Shown here: in pieces, positions 49,655 to 61,379 of the stretch
Layout: every line of letters starts with the position of its first letter
How positions within the stretch are numbered: position 1 is the stretch's first letter
Source of the DNA: Cenococcum geophilum
Taxonomy: Eukaryota
DNA: 64,000 bases
Direction: 5' to 3'
Assembly (NCBI GenBank): GCA_050273025.1
Contig: CP158635.1
Coordinates: forward strand, 20,026,001-20,090,000
The notes under the pieces: generated by a model
Seen by the model: only the letters and a program-made list of their open reading frames with translations
Told to the model about the DNA's origin: nothing
Database searches by the model: none
Program-made: the position numbers and the translations under genes

Positions 49655-50869
49655 CATCAGGAAATTTTTTTTTAGGCACGTTATCGCAAGCGAAAATCGG
49701 GGTCTGCAAAACCAGCGTAAGTCGCGATTTTGGCAATTTGCGGCGATTTGCAGCAATTTGCTACAAATGTATAAGTAGCCTGTGCAAATTGCTGTAAATT
49801 GCCACAAATTGCCACAAATTGCCAAAATTGCCAGTTAAGCAGACCCTAATTTTCAGCTACTACAACATGCTTAAAAAAAAATCTTAATAGTAGAGGCTTT
49901 TAATACAGAGGCTTTTGGGTTAAACGCTTTTAATAGCTTTTATAGTTCGTAATTAAAGATCACATTAGTCACGAATTTAGTGCATAGTTGGACTGCAGAG
50001 CTTTAATATAAAGACCTCTGCTTAAGATCTAATGGAGTAGTTAATTATGATTTTAATTAGAAGCATTATATATTAAAAAAATTTGGTCACCTAATAACCA
50101 AGTTCCCGTGGCGCAGTAGTATCAAAGGCAGTAGAATTAAAGCAAGTACCCTACCCTAATTCAATATAATACGCGCGCAGGAAGAAAACATATATAGACG
50201 CCAAGACCTCCCCTTAGAGCCTCCCCTCTAGGGGGGGTGTCCCAGGGGAGGTAGTGCAGGCATAGTAGCAACGTCTCTAACGCGTCGTCCTGGCCACGTC
50301 GTTAATCACCCAGCTTGGACGACATAAAGGCTAACAAGTGCAAATCACGTAGGAACCAAAATTGACCTTTTTTAATATCGTAGAGCTCGATCGGAAACAA
50401 TTTTTAATGCAAGAACAGACGTCGTGCGATACGTCGTTGTAGAGCTGTGATTTTTTAAAGCTGTGAGAACGGGGTAGTTAATTTGGTTAAGGACGACAAT
50501 CGGGAGGCTCGGCGACAGCGCGATTGCCCAACAATAATACAATAGCTTAGCAATAATGCAATAGCTCGGTAATAACGTAATGGCTTAGCGATAATGTAAT
50601 AAGGCTCGGCACTAAGCTTAGGAGGAAGGAGAGGAATAAGAGGACTTTAGGATTGCTCGGCCGTTACAAGAAAGTAGTAATACTTGCGTGGTGTTAAGCT
50701 CAAAAATCCTATCTTAGGAGTTTAATCAACAGCCCCTACGTAAAACGTCAATAACGTTCAATTTTAAAGACTTAAATTGGTAGATCTTCCAGGAGCACCT
50801 ATTACGAAGAGCTCCAAGTATAAGATCTAGAATATTTAGTAGTGGTATAGGTATAAGGGTGGGTATTAA

Positions 50870-52500
50870 TTCGCGTTCCCAGACGTCGTTATATAACGCG
50901 ATTTTCTAGTACGGATCGCTAAGCTTATCTAAAGATAGATTATTCTTAATAGATTAGTTATAAAGGAAGCGGGTAGCGCTAAAGCCTTACTCTTTTATAA
51001 TCCGATTAAACACGTAGTAGTGAAATAAAGAGTGGCGGCCAAATTGTCCATCCTTATACTTAAGCATATACTTAGCGTACGCAGCCAGGGTAACCGTACG
51101 GCTTTATAGCGTATTAAAATCGGCCCTGCCATAAGGAAACAAAGTAGGAAAGGTACCTCGCATAATATAATTAGCTAATCGCTCCAAGAGGTATTTACCG
51201 CACAATAGGAACCTCTAAGCCCGCCTATAAGCATTACTAATAATAAACTTCGCGACTTAAAAGGTCCAACTTATTAAGATTAGGCACTAGATTAGGAACT
51301 AAAGTATCTAGTATATCGTCATTAAATTCGCCATCTAATATACTATTGCTAAGCCTAACAGGCTAAGGATTAATAGCACGAGTAGGATTGCCTATAGGAG
51401 CTAAAGTAGCTTACGATTTAGGAGGAAGGTAAGCCCTTAGGTTACTAAAGTTAGACTCTAAGTTATTAAAATGGGGAAGCTAATCCAATATAGAGCTATT
51501 TTTAGGTAAGTTAGTAAGCCGGCTACTATATATTTCAACGTCGCGATAATCCAAATAATTAATTTTTAAAAAGTAAAGCCACTGCTCTATAGTAGAGCGC
51601 CTTGCGGTATACTGCTTATAGAACCGCCAACTTAGGTATTTACTACCCTCTACCAAAGCAGGCCTCACGATTAGTATACTAAGTTCAGCAGGTAACTGTG
51701 GTAGTTATCTTTAAGTCTTTAGTATATTCTGACCAAAGCAAAAACGTACCTAGTATAGTGATGTTGCTAGCCTCATACACGCACGACTTACAGATAAATG
51801 TGTACGCGCGCTATTAGAAGCTCCTCTACCGCGGTAAGTATAGGTAAGAAGCTAGGAACAGGCCCTAGATTGAGCTTGTTGCTTTCACTAAATAGAAAGG
51901 GAAGTGCTAGATCCTTAAGGCTTTGGCGTCCTTAATATAGGCTTTATATACACCTATACTGTCACCCTCTATAGCTAGGCCTATTTAAAACCACCGCTCC
52001 TTACAACAACTGCATATCTCTATACATTTAGCCTATAGCGTACTCCTGAACTTCTTAATTCGTTCCTAATTAACAGCCAAAACGAGGCGTAGTATAGCCG
52101 GTGCCAGAGCTTACTACGAAAAAGGTGGTACTAGTACTAGAGTAGGTATTAGCGCTAAAGTAGGTATTGGAGCTAGTTCTAGTAAGGACGCATCTAGGCT
52201 CTCTTAAATACCCCTTCCACTATATAGAGCTTTATCTATATATAGCGGAGGAGTCGGCAAGTGAGCTTTATCCTGCTAATTAAGAATACGGTGCCCCTAT
52301 TATATTACCCTAATTACCTTCTACCGCCGAGCTATTTTAGGGGTATCTTAACTATTCTAGCCGCAAGGTAAGAAGGTATTCTTAGTATTAGTTTTAGGTG
52401 GAGCGTTTCGCTAGCGCTTCGCAGAATAAGTCTTAGTAGTAGAACCTAGCTCCGCCTAAGCTTTCCACTTATTTAAATCATATTTAGAGGCCTAGAAGAG
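50870..52500 (-). pseudogene. Helitron-type DUF6570 / Helitron_like_N fragment
   Basis: ICSCCKERWF, LPILTAVEELLIARVH, LPQLPAELSILIVRP, WLYFLKINYLDY, GTFPTLFPYGRADF, MLKYKDGQFGRH. Many TAA/TAG stops; no HUH or PIF1 motifs seen. Confidence 0.75.
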
Positions 52501-52899
52501 TAAATAGAAGTAGAATAATATATAGGGAAAACGCGCCTTTAACCGACACAACTGGTAGAGCTTTAAAAGCTTCTTTAAAGGGCCGTCTTTAACAATATTA
52601 AGGCGGGGCTTGCATATATAACACTTACTATATTTAATTATAGTAGGTTCCGCCACGTTTACAATATATATAATAGTATTAATAGAAATATTAATAAAAA
52701 GGAACGGTGTAATATTAAAATATTTTTAGGTTCGTTATATAGATTCTACTATAACTTACTATACGCAAGTTTTTTTAAGCCAATTAGAATCCTTAGCAAA
52801 GTTTAAAAATCTAGAGACCACTTATAAACTCGGGTCAATAACTAATATATAGGAAGTATAACCGTAGGGTTAGGCTAGTAAACCTCTCTTATTAAATAT

Positions 52900-53780
52900 A
52901 AAATTACCGCATATTACTAGGCATACTACCTAGTTCTTTAAGCGGCAAGTTAGCAGACTTCGTTATTAAGCACGAAATTGCCATATATTGCCTAGCATAT
53001 CGCCCAGTTCCTTAAACGGCAAGCTAATAGACTTCCATTACTAAGTAAAAGATTGCCGTATATTGCCTAGCATATTACCTAGTTCCTTAAGCAGCAAGCC
53101 AGCAAACTTCCATCACTAAGTGCGAAATTGCCATATATTACCTAGCATATCGCCTAGTTCCTTAAGCGGCAAGCTAGCGGACTTCCATCACTAAGCATAA
53201 AATTACCGTATATTGCTAGGTATATTACCTAATTCTTTAAATTACAAGCTAGCAGGCGTTGCCCATTAGTAGAGCATTCTAATATATTAGTTCGCATATT
53301 ACCCGGTTCCTCCATTACAAGCTAGCAGACTTATTACATTAAGTTAATAGGTGTCGCTTATTAATAGAGCACTGTAATATATCCAGTTGCTTGTTACCTA
53401 GTTCCTATATCGTAAGCCAGTAGGCATCGCTTATTAATAAAGCACTATAATATATTAGCTTGCGCATTACCCGGTTCTTTAAATAGCAAAACAGTAAACT
53501 TCTCTCATTAATAAAATAATTGCGGCATATTGCCGACACACTACCCTATTCCACAAAAAAAAGTCCAGTATATACCTTCCATTAACCGTAAGACTGTAGT
53601 ATATCGCCAAGAACATTACTTACTACAATTCCACTAAAAAAACACCAGTATATTCCTTCCATTAGCCATAATACTGCGGTATATTACCCACTATATTACC
53701 TAATTCTCAAAACAATAGCCTAGTATACTTCTTCCACTAGACAAGACTTTGCGGCAAATTGCCTAGCATATTACCTAATT
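52900..53780. repeat. Degenerate tandem array, ~75 bp unit (GCGGCAAGCTAGCAGACTTCC...AAATTGCC...CAGTTCCTTAA)
   Basis: Unit starts at ~52943, 53017, 53092 and 53167; more divergent copies follow. Confidence 0.85.
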
Positions 53781-53799
53781 CTGCGCTAGAAATCTTAAA

Positions 53800-56700
53800 A
53801 ATACCTCGCTACTACAATCTAGAGCACTTCCACTAGCTACTCCTTTAAACTCCCCGGCTTATTTATATCTACGTTTAGTATCTTATCCGCGGCGGTCTTC
53901 TTAAACTTATACTTATTTAGAATTCCAATCTTAATATAGGAAGCCGTATTACACAGAATATATACTATTATAAGAGGATTTTCTTAGCCAATTTGGTAGA
54001 TGCGGTATATAAACTATTACTATTTACTAAAGGACGGATTAAGCTCTATAAGCACAATAAAGTATACCTCATTAAGAGTAATACCCTCCGCAATAGCCTT
54101 TAGGGATAAAAAAAGAATCCATAGCCCGCTTAGCTGCCTCCACAAGTTATTAATTATGCTGTTCTTTTGCTTTAGTAGTGTTCCTCTAGGAAGGTATACA
54201 ACGGCATCCTCGCTATATTTAGCAACCAAGGCCTAAAACAAGTATTAGCTTAGAGTTCTAGTTAAGCAAGCTGCTATTAAGAGGTAAATATAGAGTGTTT
54301 TATCACTTACTGCCATATATACCGCCCTAATAGTTAGGAAATTAGTGCCAATAACAACCTTGCTATAATACCCCCCGACGTTTTTTAATTATATAACTTC
54401 TTCACAGATAACTAAAAGCGCCTCAAACTTTGCGTCGCCGTAAAGAATTTCCTCCTTATTTTTATCTAAGATGCTTCTAATAGGAGATTTAATTAATTTT
54501 GCGTGAAATTTTGCTTATATGTCGATTTTGTTAATATCTACTAGATCCTTATTATATTTATCCCTCTATAAAAGTAACCCGGGCATTATCGCTGTAATAT
54601 AGCACGTAAAGTAGGTGCTTAAGGAGCTGCTAGCTATACGTACTGGTTATTTCCCCTTAGGAGAACCATCTTCTTTCCATTCGACCATTTTCTATAGAAA
54701 TACTTCTTCTATTTCTAATACTATTGCACCTTCTATAGCCTATAGCAATTCAATTTCTTTAGTTCTATACTTATAGTTTAGGTAGTAAATGCGGAGCTCG
54801 CCCAAAATAACTTTTAATTTTTTTCCGTCAAAGCCGATAGTATTCGAGGTACGGCGAATTTTAAAGTGCATAAGTATTTCTCCACCAACCTAAACCGATT
54901 CTTTATATACCGTAGACTACAAGACCCCTTTAGGGTTGCTCTTTCCTTATTTTAAAAAATAACTCTATAGCTTTGCCATTTTTTCGACTTCGACAGGCGT
55001 GCATTTTTTAAAAATGCTATTATCTTTAGCGTTTACCCAATCTAGATCTATAAGGCCACTTATAATATACCAACATATATTTATAACACTATTCTCCATT
55101 AGAGTCCCTAATATAGCCTAGGCAAAGAATCTAAGGTATTTCGGTACAGTACTTTTATAGAAACGAAGAAATTAGTTAACTATAGTCTCTTTATTCTTCT
55201 CGTTATAAAACTTATCCTATAAAATCCTACTAAAAAACGTGGTCTTAACTAACTGCTGACCTTTATCTTCCTACTTACCGCTAAATAAGAAGCAATAGAC
55301 ACGTCTAGTAATTATAAAGTTGTCAATAACACGCTGTTTTAGGCATTTAGATATTATAATTATAACAAATCTTATTACCAAGGCAGCTGGGGTACTAACT
55401 AAAGAATTACCCTTTCTAGGTAGTAGGACACTGTTAGAGAACCATAGGTAAGGAGTCTTTACTTTATCTATAAGAGTCTAACTAGCATTTAAAGTATTAT
55501 AGGCGGTCTAGTTTCCTAACATTCCTATTTCTAGCCACTTGTCCTAAGTCGGTCGCTCTATGCCCGGAGAAATATCCGCCGTTAAATAGCACATTGCAAC
55601 TCTTAGCGGTGCCTGCGCTTACGTTATAAGTAGTAAGTCTTTAAATAATAAGTTATAATTATCTCTCTAGGCAGTAATAATATGTGGAACTATAACAACT
55701 AGGCTAGCACTATACTATTTACGTATCTTAGATATAGGGTTGCAATTTACGCACAAGCATAGTAGAGGTATTTTATCTTAGCTAGGACACTCAGCGTTAC
55801 TAGTCTAGTGGCCCTCCAGTAGATATTAAGTAGCATTTCCAGCCGCTTAATTAGTAGCCACTTTATCCAGGTTTATAGCATAGTAGTAATTAAGAATAAT
55901 AGTTAAGTATGCGGTTACTGTCTTGCCGGTCCCTATACCATTTATAAAAACCCTACTATTTAGCTCTATGCGTTCCTAGTAGAATATCTTAGATACACTA
56001 TATAGCTAGTATAGGAACGCCCTAAACTTCAGATTTAGACCCTATTTACGGGGAATAGGGACCATATTATTTCCTAGGAGGGCCCCTTTAGAAACCCCCC
56101 ATAGCTTAGCTAAGCGTTTATACATCTACTACTCTATTCTCTTAACCTTACCGCCTACTTTTACTATAGCGGCTTCTTAAAATCTAAAAAAAGTTAACGT
56201 TAGTCTAATTTAAGATATACTCCATATACTTATATATCCATACCTTTCCTTAATACAATTAGCAGCCTCTACCTCCCTATTAGCTTCGTTTATTATATTT
56301 TTAAGGGCCTCTTCTTTTAGGTTGTTATCTTCTGCAGAAACCTATATAGTATTACTAACCAGATCGTCTACGATTACACTCCGTAGTTAGGCTGGTTTAG
56401 AATCTAGAGCGGTTGCGCTTTAAAGAGTATTATAATTATCTTCGTTCTCCTTTATACTATTAGGACCCCCTACAGGCTAGATAGCTAGACCACCGCGGCC
56501 GTCCTCGGTAGCTTACCGCAATTTACCTTTAGATGCTCTAGCAGGTTACTCCCTTTTATAACTACGTTTCTTCTAACCTAATAGACTTAGAATGCTGCTA
56601 TACGCTAATAAGGTTAATAAAGCATTACTCTTACTTTCGGCGTCTTTATTAACAAACTCATTATCTAAGTACTCTAAGTGCTTACGGGTCTGCTTAGACG

Positions 56701-57600
56701 CAGTCTTCCGCCGTTTCTTATATATGGGCTTACCGCGCAAAGACTAGCGAATTAGTGTATCGGTAATGCTAGGAGGGTTTATACTCTGCTTGCGCGGTAT
56801 TTAATACGGTATTTCTGCAATTAAATGCTCAGCTACAATTGTTAGTATATAAATAGCCAGATATTATTAATAAAACTTACAATCGGTACTCTTAAGTAGA
56901 AATTCCACTTTACTTTTATAGTATAGTATACATCGCTAAAATACGGCTTATAATACTCCTTGCCAGGCAATATAAGCTTCCTCTTTAGATTTAATATTAA
57001 CCCATATAATTTAACCTTTATTTAAGTTAAAGCCTACTAATGCTATAACCTCTTAAAATAGCAAGAAACGGATTTCTTTAACTATAGGAGTTTCTATATT
57101 GGCTTCTATAATATTATAGATTATATAAAGCTCTATAGTGTTTTAAGTGGTTAAATTAATCTATTAAAATTAGAAGGTTATATTTTTAAGCAAAAGCGGC
57201 TTACCTAATAGTATAGGACCTAGTGATTTTAAGATTTACTTAGGAGCAAATATAAGTACTAGCGTTACTATAGGTTCCAATTAGGTGGGAGTCTAACTTC
57301 TAGGTTTAGACTTTGCCTTTTTTTACTATTTTATAGCATTAGTTCTCTAGGATGTTATTAAAGCAATAATAGCATCTTTAGACTAGCTATCTAAAACACC
57401 TTCTACCTTAGGCAAGCTACTAAGAATCTTTTAAATAAACTTATCGCGTAGCAGTTTATCTCCGGTAGTACGAAACATAACTTTATTAAGCCCAGCCTTT
57501 ATTATACCATCTAAGAGTATATTCTTAATTTCCTTAAGGCGATGAGTATTAATATCCTATCCCTTTATAATATCCAAGTCCTTTATAGTAACGCGTAAAG
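53800..57600 (-). pseudogene. SNF2-family helicase/ATPase, copy A (RIP-inactivated)
   Basis: Walker A VFINGIGTGKT (~55930). Motif II RIL*DKFYNEKN (DEFH after reversing RIP, ~55210). Motif III ILGTLMEN (SGTPMEN). IRRT. Motif V SLKAIAEGITL and motif VI FIYRIYQIG. Intron at ~56185-56243. 5' limit approximate. Confidence 0.8.
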
Positions 57601-57949
57601 ATACTAAGATGGAATAAAGGAGTAGAGCGTTACTATATAAGAGCGGAAGAATCTAGTTAGTGTTTAGTGAAGGTACAAGTCTAAAGTAGGTAGGGAAGAC
57701 AAACCAATTATAAGAGTTAATTAACCAGGCAAATTGCCGCAGTTTTGGGGAGTAAGTTACAGCTTAAAGTAGCAATTAGTGGTTAAACTAATTAATTAAC
57801 TAATTAATGCCGCGTAGAGGTACCGTGTAAGAGTTAGTTAAGGTAGTAAAGGTAAAGAGTGTAAGGCAAAGTAATAGCAAAGTTAGGAAGATTACCGCTA
57901 TCTAATGCTTATTAATGGCAAGGTAAATTAAGAAGTTCTAGTAAATACG

Positions 57950-59050
57950 CAGAATGCCAAGTCTAGCGGCATTTTGCAGTAGATTACCTTAGGTAGTATA
58001 AGTCTTATATAGTTATAATCTTTAGGATTTAAAAACTAAACTAACTTATTAGTTTATTAAACTTTATAAATCCTACCTAGACTACTAATATAAAAAGGTA
58101 ATAACTTAGCTAAGTATAGAATGCACGTATTGTTTTTAATTATTTTATAATAGGAGACTAGGTATAGCTAATTAAGCCTTTACTATAGCCTCCTTTAAGC
58201 CCTCTACCGCCCTTAATTAATCCTCTATATTAAACAGCCGCTAGTTAAACCGTTTAACCACTTATAGCACTTAATACACCTCATTTAGCATATAGTACGT
58301 CCTCCCTTATAACCTTAAGCTAATTCTTTACTAAAAGCTCTTAAAACATTACCTTTCTCTAATTTATATTATTATGCGCTTCGGTTAATTGCGAATATAG
58401 TTTTATAACCTTAGAGATGGTCCTACTTTATTACTTAGGCGTCCCAGATTAGATTAGCAATAGATATATTTTAAGCCTTCTTAGCTTTTTAAAGTTCCTT
58501 AATTTCCATCTTTAAACTCTTAATATTCTAGCAATTAGCAGCTAACGCAGTCTACAAAGCATCCTACCCCTCCTTTATACTACTAATTGTCTAACTTGCA
58601 ATATTAGAGAAATTCCTCTTTTATAGTCTTCTAGTTTCTATAACAGCCGTCTCCGCGGCGCTATTTTTATTTAACTTGGTTCTCTCTAGACTATATACGG
58701 CGGCATTTCTAGCGACTAATAGGACAGAATAGGTTAGCGGAGGCTTCTTAACAGGTGGCTGGGCTATCTTTATAGCTTCAACTACCTTACTATTCTTCTC
58801 CTACTTAATTAGAAATCCTCCAATCTCCTTTTAGCAACTATCCGCCGCCTTCTTCTTTCGCGGCTTTAGACCTAGCTTAGTAGTCCCATCTCCGTTCTTT
58901 AGTAACGCCTTTTTAATATAGGGACGCTTAGTGCGCTTAGCTAGGGTGGCTACATACCTAGGGTTTTCATTTATCTGTAATAACCAATCAGCGTAAGATA
59001 TCTATAACTACTCACTAGCATATATACTATTGCGACGTTCACTTTAAAAA
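57950..59050 (-). pseudogene. RIP-mutated hypothetical Lys-rich/coiled-coil gene
   Basis: One long frame interrupted only by TAA/TAG stops (e.g. KPRKKKAADS, NIKSLKMEIKEL*KAKKA). No family recognised. Confidence 0.45.
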
Positions 59051-59149
59051 TAGGTTAAGTTAAGGGGAAATTGGTTCTAATGCAGAGAGTAGGTAATAAA
59101 TAGATAGATAGTGTTTAGCAGTAAGATCTAAGAGGGAAGCTTATCCTTA

Positions 59150-60250
59150 TTAACGTTAAGAACGCGTATAAAGCGGATAGGTAGTAGTAATTCGGGCGAG
59201 GACTCCAATAGAGGATTTTCTTATATAATCGGCAGCTGGTTAATAGAGGAAGGGTAGAAACCTATAGTTATAATATTATATATTACGACTTTTTACCCAA
59301 CTTCCTTAAATATATCTATATATATATAGGTAGTAGCCTTCTACAGCATTTTATCGGCATCGCAATATTAACGCGTTTTAATAAGGCTTACTAATAAAAT
59401 CACACTAGCTAGGGTGCCCGTAGTATGCTAACCTAAATAGGAGCGCCCAAAGCGCCTAATATAAAAAGTCTCTTTTACCAGACAAAGGGATATAGAGCTT
59501 AAAGCTCCTTATTTAAACCTAAAGGGACTATTCGGTTGCAAATCGCCTCTATTATAACTATTTAATCTATACGCCTTTTAGTGTCACCCGTTTTATAATT
59601 AGTGGCGGCTACTATAGCTTATTTAAATCTGTAATAGAGTTAATTGTTTAGTAAGGCTCTAGAATAAGGCTCCAGATTTAACTTCGTATATTAATACGTA
59701 ATTAACTAACGTCGGTAAGCGATTCAAATAAGCCCCTCTCTACCACCAGGCCTCTATCGCAACTCCCTACTTTAGTATAGTAATAGAGCCTCCTCCTCGG
59801 CCAACGTCCTCTCTATAATCGGCGTTTCCTATATCTTTACCCACCTCCTATACAAGCACCCCCCAAAAATAAGCTCATCGCGATTACAAAGGTTAAGATA
59901 ATAATATTATATAAGGCATGCAAATGCGACTATAGTATCGCAATTGAGGCATATAGAGTCGCCATATTATAAGAAGTCGTTACTTTAGCGCGTATATAAG
60001 AGCTCTAGATTAAAATGGAATATAGAATAAGAGCTTAAAGCTATATATTAAAATAGTGCCAAGAACCTCATTTTAACTACTATAATCTAAAACGAGCTAT
60101 ATACCAGTATAAAGAGAACAGCAGCAAAATAAGCGGGGGTTCTAGATTTTATAGCTAATGCGCCCCTTAATAGGCACCAAGTTAGTAACAAAGCTCCAGG
60201 AGTTACTAATTAGCCTTATATTAAGCACGGAGTTATAAAGAATCTATTCT
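59150..60250 (-). pseudogene. RIP-mutated hypothetical gene
   Basis: Coding-like frame (ICLNCDTIVAFACL...RDELIFGGCLYRRWV...IERTLAEEEALL) with RIP-type stops and a likely intron donor at ~59432. No family recognised. Confidence 0.35.
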
Positions 60251-60399
60251 TTCTCAGCCGTATTTTAAATTAGGTATAGATCTAGAGCTCTAAGAGCTAT
60301 ATTAACTTCACATTTACTCCGCTCCACTAATTAAATAGTTAGATCTAAAGTCTACATTAATTATAACTCCGGCTAGGAGCTCTAATCTAACAAGATTAC

Positions 60400-61370
60400 T
60401 GCCTTAAAGAGCAAGCCAGTAGACTTTAATCACTAAGCGCGAAATTGCCGCATATTGTCTAGCACACGCCCAGTTCCTTAAGCGGCAGGCTAGCAAACTT
60501 CCATCAGTAAGCAAGAAATTGCCGCACATTACCTGGCACATTGCCCAATTCTTTAAGCGGCAAGCTAGCAGACTTCCATTACTGAGCGCGAAATTGCCAT
60601 ACATTGCCTAGCATACCGCCCAGTTCTTTAAGCGGTAAGCTAGCAGACTTCTATCACTAAGTACAAAGTTGCCGTATATTACTAGGCACATTACCCAATT
60701 CTTTAAATTACAAGCTAGCAGGCGTCGCCCATTAGCAGAGTATTCTAACACATTAGCTCGCATATTGTCCGGTTCCTATGTCGCAAGCTAGTAGACTTAC
60801 CATATTAACAGAACACCACAACACATCGCCTAGCGCATTACTTGGGTCCTTAAATAGTAAGCCAGTAGGCGTCTCTTATTAGTAAAGCATTATAATATAT
60901 CCGATCGTGCGTTACCCGGTTCCTATATCATAAGTTAATAGGCTCCTCTTATAAGCAGAGTATTCCAAATATTGGCTCGCATATTGCCTGGTTCCCGCGT
61001 CGCAAGCTAGCGGCTTCTTTTATTAACAGAGCACTACGATATATTACTCGCGCATTGCCCTCCTTAAATAGCAAAATAGTACCTTTTCTTATTAATAAAA
61101 GAATTACGGCATATTGCCGACATATCGCCCAGTTCCACAAAAAAAAACTTAGCATATGCCTTCTATTAACCGTAAGACTACGGCATATCACCAAGTATAT
61201 TACTTAATTCTATAAAAAAAAACAATCTAGCATTTATCTTTTACTAACTATAAGACTGCGGAATACTGCCTACTATATTACCTAATTCTAAAAATAATAG
61301 TCTGTTATACTTCTTCCGCTAGAGAAGAATTTACAGCAAACTACCTAGCATATTACCCAATTCCGCGCTA
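60400..61370. repeat. Second copy of the ~75 bp tandem array
   Basis: Same unit as 52900-53780 (starts ~60483, 60558, 60632). Confidence 0.85.
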
Positions 61371-61379
61371 AAAGGATTA

